DNA of 64,000 nt from Antedon mediterranea (lineage: Eukaryota > Animalia > Echinodermata): the NCBI RefSeq assembly GCF_964355755.1, contig NC_092671.1:24688070-24752069 (forward strand), given 5' to 3'. The position numbers and the translations under genes are program-made. Below the pieces are notes generated by a model. It was given only the letters and a program-made list of their open reading frames with translations. It was not told the origin of the DNA and searched no databases. Position 1 is the first letter of the stretch; each line of letters starts with the position of its first letter. Shown in pieces: positions 1 to 12,440 of this stretch.

Positions 1-900
1 GGCTTCACATTGATTATAATAAGTCGGCGATATGCCACTAAAAACTATAAAAACTATAAAATTATAAATAAATAAGGGAGTCAGTTTCTCTCTGTAAAAG
101 AATAACTAAACAGAATAATAATACACAACCAAATACAGTAGAGCTAGCAAAACAGAGTTGGAGGAGCAGAGTCTTCACATATGAAGTTGGCTCCTAATAC
201 GAAGAAGAAGAAGAAGAAGAAAACTAGCCTGCGGCCCTCTCTATCCGCCTACAAATAGCACTGGGTTTCCGTCAAATGGGCTAGGCCTAGCCTAGGCCTA
301 GATAATACTACAAGTTGGGTACATTTTTTTACAACCAAATAATCTACAATTATATTGCAATATTTACCAAACTAGCACCAAATCCAAAATAAAAAAGCTA
401 CTAATAACATATTTTGGTATATTAACTGGTTTAAAAACGGATTGCACATAGTGATTTTGAAGGATTGAAATTACTCAACCACACGGCCTGTACTAAACAT
501 ACGAATCCAAGATGGAGTCTGCTTAGAATATATCCCCAGCTTTGAACGGATATTGAATCCGTCCCACAAGCTGAACCAAGCTTAAACTTTCAAAAAAGAT
601 AGATTAATAACCTAATAACCAACCACTAAGTTTTTATAAAGGTTCCGTGCTGATGAGAAAAGTGCCGGATTCCCTACGAAACCAAACAAATAAATCATGT
701 AGCCTACCTCAACGAACACCTCCATCTGCACTTTTTTCTTCAATAAGCTCTGTCGTCCTTTCCTGGGCTATTTATACCAAAATTTTGTGGCGGGAATAAT
801 CTTCCATATTAGGAGTAACAATTTCCAAATATAGAAAGATATAATTTAACCCGGATGGTGGAAATTGCAGCAGATTTGTAAGGGTATTCCCATGCAAAAT

Positions 901-970
901 GCTTGCCGCGAAGTGAAAAGCGAACCGGAAGTCACTATAACTTGGCGATGCTCAGTGACCTGCGCAGTTA
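901..970 (-). promoter_or_regulatory. putative housekeeping-type promoter of an unidentified minus-strand gene running off the left edge
   Basis: Local CpG enrichment, ETS-type ACCGGAAGT at 924-932, TGCTCAG/TGCGCAG half-sites at about 949-967, and a minus-strand donor GAG|GTAGGC at 708/707. Confidence 0.35.
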
Positions 971-1805
971 AAAAACAGCGTTTTAACGGTTAAATGAGCA
1001 CTTTGCTGCTCGACTGCATACTATCACATTATCAACCAGGAGAAAGCTTTGGCAGTAATTGTTATAATACTGTAGTACATTACATTTATATTTATACTTG
1101 AAAACATCGTCGCAAAATATTATACGTAATGTGTGTGGTTATTTTTATCATTTATTGCCAAATAATGAAACGCGCTTGTTTGGCTACTCTGTATGCATAA
1201 TCATAAAACTTCCTCATGATCTGTGTGAAAATACCTTCTTAACCGTGACGGGTTGTAAACAATCCATAATGCATAATGCGTACTCATGGTTTGAAATCTT
1301 TGTTTACTTTCGCTCGTGACGATTTTCCAGATGAAATGTAATCAAACTAATTTACCTGTTAATTACGTAAACTTGTTGTTTTTGGCTCAAATTTTTGACT
1401 TAAAGTGAATAACTTTAATATTACTTTGATATGGCCACTTTAAATTTAGAATATTTTGACCTTCATTTTTTTGTGTTTCAAGGGAAAATACATCTTTAAG
1501 TTTTGTGCGTACGTTATGAAACTGCGCCCTCTAAAGAAAAAAGACATATTTAGAGAATTGTACATTCCTATTTCAAATTCTTCTTCCAGACATTGCAAGG
1601 TTTTGAAATGCTGACTTCAGGGAAATAAACTGCCAATATGAAATGTTAATTGAAAATCTGTCATGTCCTTGATTCTTTTTCTTTTTTGATGTGCGTGTAT
1701 ATGTTTTAGTAATGTTCTGTTGATTTATATATGATATAATTCAACCTTTTACATTAATAAAAGTATTATAGTTGTCTTATTTGTTAACATTGTAAAGCTA
1801 TGAGT

Positions 1806-2087
1806 TTACCAGTTAGTTACCAGTTAGTTACCAGTTAGTTACCAGTTAGTTACCAGTTAGTTACCAGTTAGTTACCAGTTAGTTACCAGTTAGTTACCAG
1901 TTAGTTACCAGTTAGTTACCAGTTAGTTACCAGTTAGTTACCAGTTAGTTACCAGTTAGTTACCAGTTAGTTACCAGTTAGTTACCAGTTAGTTACCAGT
2001 TAGTTACCAGTTAGTTACCAGTTAGTTACCAGTTAGTTACCAGTTAGTTACCAGTTAGTTACCAGTTAGTTACCAGTTAGTTACCAG
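1806..2087. repeat. 11-bp minisatellite (TTACCAGTTAG)n, about 25 near-perfect copies
   Basis: Directly visible tandem array. Confidence 0.97.
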
Positions 2088-2171
2088 ATACCAGTTTTAC
2101 AATAACAACAATAACAACCAAAATAAATGACTGATAATACTAAAGTGAAAAATGCTTGTCGGGAGTAATCG

Positions 2172-2440
2172 TTAAAGAAACATTAACATCTTACGGGCTT
2201 TTGAATGCTTACGTTTTAGCTCTTTCTTGGCTGTATTTGTTGCTCTTGGTTCTGGTGTAACAGGTTGCTCATCTTCCCAGTTTGACAGTTGGCACTTCCC
2301 TGCAAATTGCACATAAAGTTCTGAATTTCCTAGTTCACATGCTAGTTTAAAAAGTAGGCATTTTGAAGGATACGTTTTTCCGTCTGAACCACACACTTTC
2401 TCATAATACTTTGGTTTAGGACAAAATCCGCACCTTGTAT
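2172..2440 (-). CDS. Kazal gene terminal coding exon (Kazal domain plus basic tail)
   Basis: Pyrimidine tract and AG at 2442-2441; CGSDGKTYPSKC motif; stop TAA at 2174-2172. Confidence 0.9.
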
Positions 2441-5400
2441 CTATGATAAAAAAGAAAATTACATTTAAAACAGTATATTATCTATTTCTAAACATTTGTC
2501 ATTCTAAACATTTTTCATGGCAATAAAGTCCTAACCGGTATCTTATTCGTTAGGCCTAATGGAATTATTATCATTCAGCCATTAATTGTAGGACATTGAT
2601 TTGATAATGTAGGCCTAAGGGTCTATGTGTCTCAGAAAACAAACTTAAATAAATGTTGTACATTGTATTGTTACGGTAATTTATTATGTCTAATTATAAT
2701 AACTTCTTTCAAATATACATTGATTTGTATCCTGTTCGAAATAATAAGTAATTGTAATTCTTATTCAAATCTTACTTGATTTATATTAACCAGGCCCGAG
2801 TTTAATTATGGTTTAGTAATTGTTGGCGCAACGGTGAAATAAAACAACTACTAAATGTATAAAGTAAGTATGCCATTTATTCCAAACGAATCAAGTGATG
2901 ATTCTCAATAAATAGATAAAATATACAATATACAATGTTTGATAAGACAGAACAATAAAACGGTGTAGCTACATGACTAGTTGAGAAAAGAGTGTGTTAA
3001 TAATTTGGTCAGTGCATGATAATATTGGGCTTTGCCCATCTCATCTGACCAATTAGGATTAAGAGAAGTAATGTGGTTTTCTGTTAGAGTCATTAACATT
3101 CTTAAAATCCATTAGCTAGAAAAGTGAAGGTAACCTGTCAATGTGAGGTTAAATAAAGAGATATATAGAGGATGTATAAATAATCAAATTAAAAGTAAAT
3201 GTTGAATTGTTTAAAAGCTATGTGGTAGGTCTGCTACAATGGCCTTAATTATTACTAGGACGCCATCTTTCGTTCAGAAAATTAAGGATCTAGGCTATTA
3301 TAGGCCTAAACTAAACACATAGCCTGGTCTAAGCCTGTGAACTAATTAATAATAATAATCCTAATAATAATAATAACTGTGAAATACAAATAATGTATGT
3401 TTATGAGTTGGATGGTGAGTTCATGAGTTGAACAATTTAATTCTCTATTTTTAACGTGGCGAAGTCGAGTTGAAAATAGCACTCAATTTTTCATTGAAAG
3501 AAATTCAATGAATACAAAACATTCATTATTTGTTTTATAACACATCTACTTTTATTAAAGTTATCCATCGCAAATCATTGATGAATACTAAGCCGGGAAG
3601 CTAAGTCATAAAAAAAGCAGTGCTCCAACTTTAGAAAGAGTAGAGAACAGTTATATTGAGGGCGTTTGGAATTCGAGTTGATTTCCAAACGCGATCAGTC
3701 AACAATGTCGGGAGAATCCCAAAATGTTTACAGAAAGCTGATTACGTGCATTAGAGCACATTGATTATCAGAAAAGAAGAAATTAAATTAAATTGAAAGA
3801 TATTCCTTTCAGAATATTTGTATAACACCACAATTGATTGTAAACGATTTTGACATTTAAAATTGATTGATGATTTGTTCAATTACGGCAAACTTTTTTT
3901 TCGGCAGTTGAATAGAGTATGTATATAAGGACTTATATTTGAATGAAATTGTGATATTGTTTGCCCAAATACAAATGTCTGCATTTCTTATTTAATTCAT
4001 TTTATATAATGTATATTATCAACTGACCGTACATAGGCCTACAAGTGTTCTTGAGTCATAGATATGCGCACCACATGTAATTTGGAAATCCGGATGATAG
4101 CAGACGTCTCAAGACTGCCAATTCCAGGTGGAATTCATTATGAATTTCTGTCTATTTTACAGGATTTCATTTTTAGCAAAAGGTTGAAATACAATTATGT
4201 TGGTAAGGGTAGTTTTGGGGATTGAATTGGTTTTACACATCAACAATTCGATATTGGTGCAATCATATTTCAGTTGATTTATAGCCACACTTATATAGAA
4301 TGTTATAGTAAACCAAGTACAATTACTAATATGTTAGCTGAAGTAAACAATTGTTTAATGATTAAAATAATAATACTATTGTGCTTTATAAGCTTAGGTT
4401 GAATTTTGTAACTACTACTGTAGAGTAGCTTTTGCGTCAGGCGGTTGAGTAATTGGTCAAATGTTTGCCCTCCTCTCACGTAATTTATACTTTATAGGCC
4501 CTACTAAGTACATTGAACATTTTTAAAAAAGAGTTTGGAATCTACGACCTGAATACTAGCCTGGCGTCCATACCTTACGCTTACGCGTATGGCTAGGTGT
4601 TAGGTTGAATAAAGTATGCTTTTTAGTCGCGTGGACGCGACTCAACAGTTCACTATGTCGGTCGGTCTGTCGGTCTGTCGGTCTGTCACTATGCGTTTTA
4701 TCGCTTTTCTGTACCTTTTTAACTGTTTTGATGTACATTACTTTTCATTTTTTTCTGAGAGCACGCGACTTATGGCTGTTGGCCTTGTTATTTTACGGGC
4801 ACTAAGGCGTGATGAAGACATCCACCATTCTGTCAAGCGTTTTAAGCTGTCTACCCTATCGACAAACATTTATTTTATTAAATGCATACAATACAGAGCA
4901 TAAAAAGAAGTAGAAGTAATCTTGTCTCAGTTGGCTCTTCAACGTGGGTAAACAAATAATAAGTACAATGTACAATGAGATATTAAGCATCAGTAATAAT
5001 ATATAATAAAATGAAATTCCTTTAATTACTACACGATATTTGTTGTCACATGTGTGATGGTCATAGTGTAGATAGAGCTTTAAAGAATCTAGTTTCATTC
5101 TTGTGTACTGTAATTGTTCCTCTGTTCAATCTTATCTAAACGACTTATCCTGTTAATTCCTACTAATCTTAAACAAACTTTCAAATTTGTACAATAGCAT
5201 CAGGGACCGTGGTACAGTAGTAATAGCCATACAACACTATTCATTCTTATGAGACCTTGTAGAATGCAGCCAAAGTGCAACCTTACGGATCTTGTTAATG
5301 CATTAATAATTTCACTGCCTTCAGATCCTTTACCTGATTGGATTATGATATTTCATTCCATGGGTAATTCAAAACGAAAGAAACATGCATCGTCCCACCT

Positions 5401-8400
5401 CTCCTTCTAAACGAATTATTTAATTAAATTTGAAATTAAAACAAAATATTTGAGGAATATTTTATAATGAAGCATGCAAATTGTTTGCATTTTGCTGATA
5501 TAGTCCTACATACAACGTTTTTCAGGAAAAGCAGATGTTTATTATGAATTTTAAAACGGCAATCTCCCGTGGAAGCTTGCCAGAATATCAACACTCATGG
5601 ACGACGAGAAAGTGATGACTCATCGTATCGCGGAAGGGTAGAAAACGGTTTATGATCATGCAGGTTTGGCAAAAAAAAACCCTTAATTAAAGGAAGATAT
5701 ATCAATTTAATCAACTTAGGCCTAGTGTATTTTTAAAAATGATTTATATGCACTGATGAAAGGCTAGTGTTGGCCGAAAGCTCTGCTAACTTTTCTGGCT
5801 GTTTACTTTATCGTTTTGATTTAGCTTTTCGCTTTTTATTTTTGTATCTCCATTGAGATCCAGCCACTGATACCCACAGCATTGTCATTTTTTTCAGTAA
5901 TTTGCCTTTGGATTTATATATAATGATGAGGAAATATGTGAGAAACAACAGAGATTCGAACCCGAAAATTTTGCTTGATATGCAGATGTCCTAACCAGAC
6001 TACTGCGGCTTTCATTGTATTGTTCAAACTTGATTGGATAGCGACTAAAACACTTTTGGCGTGGTACGACGACGGAACAGCTTTAGTCCCTCTATTGTAC
6101 GCATGCGCACCAGAGATCAAATAGATACGCCCCTCATTTTTCAGGTTTTTTTTATTCACGAAGTGATGTGATCTCCCAGAGAGATAGTTTTATATAACAC
6201 CACAGTGGTGTTATGTATATTAATAATTAATATAAATATTCAATGCGCACTCAATGCGCACTCAATGCGCCTTCTGGGTGCTTGCAATATTTACAGAGGG
6301 CGTTATGTGGATTAATGCTCAAAATCGAGAAGCATTTAGGCTTAAGTACTCCAAGCAGTCGCTTTTCAAATGGTTCGTGTTCTTTATATACTTATTAGTC
6401 CCAATACAAATGTTTTTAAAGTGTTTGTAAGTCGGTGGTAACAATATTTGTTTTGGCTTAAAACCATACAACAATACTCACTCTGTTGAGAACGACTAAA
6501 GCAGCCAAAGTAAAAGCTTTATGTTGATTTTTTTTATAAGTGAGAACATCATTTTGGGTTGTTTTTTTTACGAAATTGTGATGTTTTGGGTGACAATAAC
6601 AGCTGTAACTATTTTATCGGACGAAGCTACTACTGAGATTGAAAATGACGTGTTAGACCTCGAGTTGACAATTTTCAATGCGTGATAATATTTGATTTTT
6701 AACTTGCAAAATAATGATATTCTACCGCACTGGAACTTTATTTCCCAAGAGATTTCATTCACAATTCATTTCCCAGTGGAACGTGAAAAGGTAATGCCTT
6801 TGGAGGAAAAATCAATTACTTTGTCTGGGTATTTCTTGAAAAGATGACGACATTATGCTTTTAGAATCACATAACCATGAGTCAACATAAACGTCTGTCG
6901 TAAGTGGACCTACATTATAATGTAAACATCCTTCAATACTGATGTCCTTAGAAATATAATGTTATACTAAATGTTTCAAGAATGACAAATAACTGTGGCA
7001 TTTTTTAATTTTTAAAATTGTACTTATTTTTAATTTGAAATCCATGGATTGGTATAATATTTAATAGTAGAAATGATATGTATATAAAACTATAATGGCA
7101 ATAAATCCACACAACTGAGTTACTTTTTCATCTGTATAATTTTTCTGAAACGCTATCTAAATAAATGGTATAGGCCTACAGGTTGAATGTTTTATATATT
7201 AGGCTACAACTTATACTTACAGGATGAATTATAATTATTAATGTACAGGATAATAACTATGGAAGGATGACAAGCATAGTTTTTTGGTTTCTTTTATAAA
7301 CTGCCTAAATTAATCCGATTTGTTTTTAAAATTCATGCATATTTTATTCATTTTAATTGAAAAGCCATTGCTTTTACTAGTAGGTCTTAGGCTCAGATTG
7401 TGTTTCTTTCTTACAGCTTCGAGTCCAGCAGCGGAGGTGTTAAAAATTTCAAAGCATGACCTACTTGTAACTAATTAGTTGGGCTTATGTTACTTATATC
7501 AATTTGTGGTGTATTTTCTCTGCCTAAATCAATTAAACTATTTCTCCTCTATAATACATTACTTAGAAGTGCATTTGTCAAAACACCTTTTCTCCTTTTT
7601 ATACTAGGCTACACATATCAGTTACCAGCATTACGTCTAATTTAGGTTATTCGATATACAGCAAGAATGATGGCGACCACCCATTACATAATCAACATTT
7701 TATATAAAACCTATCTTAAAGATAAACATTTGTTTATTTTTAAAGATTTGCCTCTAATGACAAAACTATACTTAAATTGTTTTATAACTCTGTAATTCTC
7801 AGTGTAATACTTTTTTGTAATGTTTGTTTTTATGGTAATACAATGCAAAAAGATAAAATTAAACTTAATCGGATAGGAAATATAAGCAATTAGACTAGTA
7901 GGAGAGCACTTACCTGATGTTGAATCCTTGTATAAAGAAAATGTGTTAAAAAAAGTAAAAAGTATCATTGATGATGAAACACATCCTCTTCACAAACAAT
8001 TTGCTCTCATGAATTCTGGCATAAGACTACGTGCACTTAATACCAAAACAAAACGGTTTAGGTGCTCGTTTGTACCTAATGCTATACACTTATATAACTC
8101 CAGAGTACAAAGGTAAAATGTAACCGATAATTTTTATCTAATTTTAACAATTTTTAGCCTCTTAACTTTTTGTGTGTTTTTTTGTAAATTGTATTTTATA
8201 TTTTTGTATTTTGCCAGTTTTCAAATCACATTTCTGTTTTTTAAATGGACAATAAAGTATATATGACTATAATGTTGATATTTAAATGATGTTTGTTGTG
8301 TAACAATTCGGAGGTTAATACAGTATCGATTGTGATAAATAAGTTGATCATTTCAATGTTCTTCTTGATGAACATGTATGAATGTAAATTCTATAATTTA

Positions 8401-9562
8401 TCCTACGTGATCCTATGTACATACTATTCACATTTTGATGGACTGTTTATTCCTGTTTTGATGATATACTGTAATTCTGTATAAAAATAACAGATACAAA
8501 TAAATGGGGACGAGGCCATGATTTATAATACGTCAAGGGGTGATTTTGGAAGATTTTTACCGCTATTATAATAATGATATCTAGGACTAGGAAAGATAGT
8601 AATAATGATGATTATAATAATTATTCCCGAATTGTGTTCCAATTTATTCCAAGCTTTGTAAATAGTAAGATTACCATGATAATATATCGTTAGTGAATCT
8701 TTCATTTCAATTTCAAAGAATATTGACTGACGTAGTTTATGTTTGAATTAACGCATCGTTGATAGAAAATGAATAGTCATGTTCCCTACGGTTTATCTAG
8801 TTTAACACTCTTTAGTAAATCGTTGAGTTTCACTTTGCAGGATTTAAATATAAGTTATTCTTTATAATAAAGAAAATAAACATATCAGTATCCTTGTACA
8901 AAAGTGTCTATTAGATTACATATTTAAAACACGATTCCTTATGGGTGGGGGTGATAAGGGCCTCTCGGTTTAATATATTTTGTATGTCTGCTTGTTTTGT
9001 ATATAATACACTATAATAACTCCTGTCCCTAGTCTCCGATTTCCTTCTATAATTATAAATAAACAGTACAAAATATATCAAAATGCATTTGCTTTATTTT
9101 CTGTTGCCATGTCGGATTTGGTAAACCGCATAGACCAAAATTAACATGAACTCTTCCGAGACGTACTTGCAGAGCGACTTGGGTCGCCCCTTGTTTTCCC
9201 ATGCGAATGAGTCACATGAGTGTGGGCGGAATTAAAGTACAGTAATCGTAAACTATAGAAGTTTAAATATGTAGTATTTATAAACGAGACCAGAAATCAA
9301 TTTTTTAGGAGTGTGGGCCGATTCTAGCATCTTTTTAATGATCTTTATATCGTATCTTTGTAAATTAATAGACATCAATCGAAAATGTTTTAATATTTAC
9401 CAAGCTTTGCATATAGACAGAAGAAAATCACATAGTAGTAAAATTTTTCTTTATTTATCCAAAATCAAATTGTGTTCAAAAATTACCTTGGCCATTTACA
9501 GTACCCAATCCAACAACCATGATTGCTAAAAATACTGATAGTAACCAACTATCGCACGCCAT
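2172..9562 (-). CDS. secreted single-domain Kazal-type serine protease inhibitor-like protein, 114 aa; join(9487..9562,2172..2440)
   Basis: MACDSWLLSVFLAIMVVGLGTVNGQ|DTRCGFCPKPKYYEKVCGSDGKTYPSKCLLFKLACELGNSELYVQFAGKC...: signal peptide plus six-Cys Kazal pattern with VCGSDGKTY; phase-1 intron G|gtaatt ... ttttttatcatag|AT matches. Confidence 0.8.
3385..3547. mobile_element. degenerate hairpin end of a Crypton-like non-autonomous element (same family as 22451-23348)
   Basis: Arms ACAAATAATG(T/A)ATGTTT ... AAACATTCATTATTTGT with central GGCGAAGTCGAGTTG; homologous to 22454-22615 and 39277-39363. Confidence 0.5.
4620..4789 (+). mobile_element. short non-autonomous Helentron (HINE/DINE-1-like)
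   Basis: Sub-terminal IR AGTCGCGTG ... CACGCGACT, short 5' IR GTCGCGT-GG-ACGCGAC, GTCG/GTCT microsatellite, 3' hairpin GGCTGTTGGCC, T-rich flanks. Confidence 0.8.
5745..5920 (+). mobile_element. dispersed repeat, probable Penelope-like pLTR remnant
   Basis: Carries the hammerhead motif; its 3' ~62 bp recur inverted at 38034-38095 and partly at 52688-52718. Confidence 0.55.
5749..5786 (+). ncRNA. minimal type I hammerhead ribozyme motif, Penelope-like element type
   Basis: GCA-CTGATGA-AA-GGCTA(GTGT)TGGCC-GAAA-GCTC-TGC: core boxes, 5-bp stem II, palindromic AGCT in place of stem III, 3-bp stem I. Confidence 0.55.
5945..6010 (-). mobile_element. degenerate tRNA-derived SINE head or tRNA pseudogene
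   Basis: A-box-like TAGTCTGGTTAGG (6002-5990) and B-box GGTTCGAATC (5962-5953); no intact acceptor stem. Confidence 0.5.
7760..8260 (+). mobile_element. 5'-truncated, frameshifted LINE of Rex1/Babar type (ORF2 C-terminus plus 3' UTR)
   Basis: KTILKLFYNSVILSVILFCNVCFYGN.. frameshift ..LYKENVLKKVKSIIDDETHPLHKQFALMNSGIRLRALNTKTKRFRCSFVPNAIHLYN resembles the Rex-Babar C-terminal signature; T-rich UTR and AATAAA at 8251. Confidence 0.8.
9487..9562 (-). CDS. Kazal gene signal-peptide exon
   Basis: ATG at 9562, hydrophobic 25-aa leader, donor GTAATT at 9486; T-rich acceptor 15 nt upstream of the ATG implies a non-coding first exon. Confidence 0.75.
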
Positions 9563-11185
9563 CGTAATCGCTGTACTCTAAAAAAAAATATAAATAAAGA
9601 CACAAGCATAAGAGATGTCATTTTTGGATTATTCATTTGAAAAAATCTGAAAACTTTTCCCTCTGTAATATTGAATATTATTCTAATTTTTAAAGAAAAC
9701 ATAATCGTGTGTGGGTGTGTGTTTTTAAGGAAATGTCTTGGGTTTTAGGTTTTTTTTTTTGTGAAATCAACAACAAAAATAAGAACCTTCTTATAAACTA
9801 TTTTGAGAAAACAGACCAATGTTTATGAACCATTTTTTGTTCAGTTTCACTGTATATCTTAAACAGCCAGGCCGTGACTATTTTTAGTGTGTGCTTCAAA
9901 GATGAAATGTTTAATTTATTATATAATAGTTAATTCATATGTATTTATTATTACTTTATTCAGTAAGATTGATTCCGAACAACGGAAGTTTGGATGACCA
10001 AACTTAAAGCCTTGGCTTAATGCGTTATCCTCACACAATTATATTTATATTCTGTATATTCTGTTTTGTATTGCATGAAACAATAAACTTGAACTTCAAA
10101 AATCAATAACAAAAAAAGCAATATAATTTTAGTTAGGTCGCATACTATTTTTCTATAAACCTGTATAAGCATGGATCCATATAGGTTCATGGTATAAATT
10201 TTTTTTAACATTATCGTATGTGTTCTTTTTGTTCCCCTCCCCCTCTCTCTAACATAACAAAATCTACTGAAGAATATACATTTCTTACTATAAATATTGT
10301 GTTCTTTACAGCAACAACAATACAGTTCAATGAAAGCGTTACTCATAGTGTAATAATGCATTTTAGGTTTAAAGACAGACATTGTCAAGTTGTCAAATCA
10401 GACAAGCAGTATAGTTCCAGTTCAAACAGAAGATCTGTCTGGATAAATTCCAAAAAGCCTGTTTTGCATTAGTGTTGTCATTCATTATTATGCGGTTTGT
10501 TTGTAGTTAGCCATTGTATCTTCTTCGCGTTAACGTCACTTAATTTCATAAAACATATTTTAATAGATTTAAATAAGGCATTTAGTAGGTATAAATGTTT
10601 TTTATTATTTTAAAGTTAGCCTAATGTATTCACACTGGAGGAATTATAATTCCATTTACTATTTTGTATTATTTAAAATTAGGCCTATAATCATTTCGTA
10701 TCTAGAGCTAATTTATTATTAATATTTTGTGGATTTGAAATATTATTATTCTTTCTTTTTTAATAGAATGAGACTATAGGCCTTCTATGGAGACAGATAG
10801 ATCTTTTAAAAACTCATCATCAACTGTCCAAAAATCGTTGACCTGTATAAGTCGATTTCCTTTTAATAAATTATGAATTCGAATGATGACGACATAGAGA
10901 GACTTATAAATTAATTTAGATGTGTATCTGTCGACAGTTGTCCTAACAGATCAGCAGAAACAAAAAATACCACAGTATTACGGTGGGCTGTCGACACTAA
11001 CGGAATAGAAATCGTGTCTGCGCGTGGTGTTCCTAGCCAACTGACCCACGCTGTTTGCGCAACTAAATATGGACATGAGATAGCTTTCACTTCTTTTTCA
11101 TAAATGGTCCAAATGTCGCAATTTATTTTTACTTTATTTTTTACCAGCTGTGACTGGTTTATTCTAATAATGTATACATGCAACA

Positions 11186-11294
11186 AATCAACACTGAGTG
11201 CGCACGGGTTATCTCTTATAACGTATTAGTAACAGAATGAATCAATACTGAGTGCGCACGGGTTATCTCTTATAACGTATTAGTAACAGAATGA
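11186..11294. repeat. 54-bp tandem duplication (2 copies)
   Basis: AATCAA(C/T)ACTGAGTGCGCACGGGTTATCTCTTATAACGTATTAGTAACAGAATG twice. Confidence 0.95.
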
Positions 11295-12227
11295 TTATCA
11301 TTTTTATGTGCATATATTAAAAAAAAGTATTTATAAGAAAACATATTAAAGAGGAATTAAGTAACTGAAAAAGGAAAGAATTGTCGTACGCATTTTTCCA
11401 AAAAGAATATTAAAAAATCGAGCATTTTAAACACTGTGTACACTAAGATTAATATCTCTTTATAGTGATTGGTAACATAAAATTTGAAAAACAAAATTGT
11501 TTAAAGAAGCATTTAAGAAGAAAGAAATTTAAAAATAGCAGTTCTAATATTTCGTCCCATTTTTCCGAGAGAAAAATACCATATTTATATTTTCCAACAT
11601 AATTTTACAGGCCTCGTACGTCATGAATCGAAAATGGTCATGGTTATTAATTCGTTAAAAAAACAACATTGAACCTTCCTAAAGGTGTTTAGTTGTTCAC
11701 ACTTTTCCGTGTTATTATAATTCGTAAATAAACCTCTGCACAACAGCTGTTAACACCTTGTAGATTGTGTTCAGTATCAGTATTTTTTCATGATTTCAAA
11801 ATAAGAACAATTTTAACAATTTTTGATATGGGTGACCATAAAGGGCACACTCGTTTTTCGTTCGGTCACCGATGGTGCTGAAACATTAGACAACATGAAG
11901 ACAAAAGGTGTAATACAATTAGGCCTTATGTCAACACTCTTGTTGGCAACCCGTTGAAGTAAATAATATTTTACATACATGGTAAAATTAGATGATGTTT
12001 CCTTTTATATGAATTTAATATAAGTATTGTTATATTACTTCTTTAAATAAAGTTAACATAAAGATTACATATATTTACTGGTACATAGTAACAATTGGAG
12101 TGCCTTCTTTTTGGGTAAACTTAAATTTAAATGTTATTAAAATACTGTATCTATACTTTTGCTATTATAATATCAATGATACGTAAAGAAAACTCGAAAA
12201 AGAAATTAAAACATTTTAAAAACTTAC

Positions 12228-12440
12228 CGCACAATCTAACTTGAATCCCTACTTCTATTTCCCTCGTCTTTGCAGTAAGCTTTTAGAATAAAATTTTCCA
12301 AAATATAAATACAGGATTATATATATTTGAAAATCTTGATTGCAGTTTACAACTTATTTAACAGTCAAACACATATAATCAAATGACCAAGCTCACACAG
12401 CAAATAGAAAGTTTAATTTTGTATCCTGTACATGCGCAGT
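12228..12440 (-). other. candidate non-coding first exon of the Kazal gene
   Basis: Strong donor GCG|GTAAGT at 12228/12227; 5' boundary is a guess near CATGCGCAG at about 12431. Confidence 0.35.

Noticed and set aside
1806-2087. Interstitial telomere
   Set aside because: Unit lacks the G-run of TTAGGG-type repeats
5945-6010. Functional tRNA gene
   Set aside because: A and B boxes present but the cloverleaf and acceptor stem are not intact
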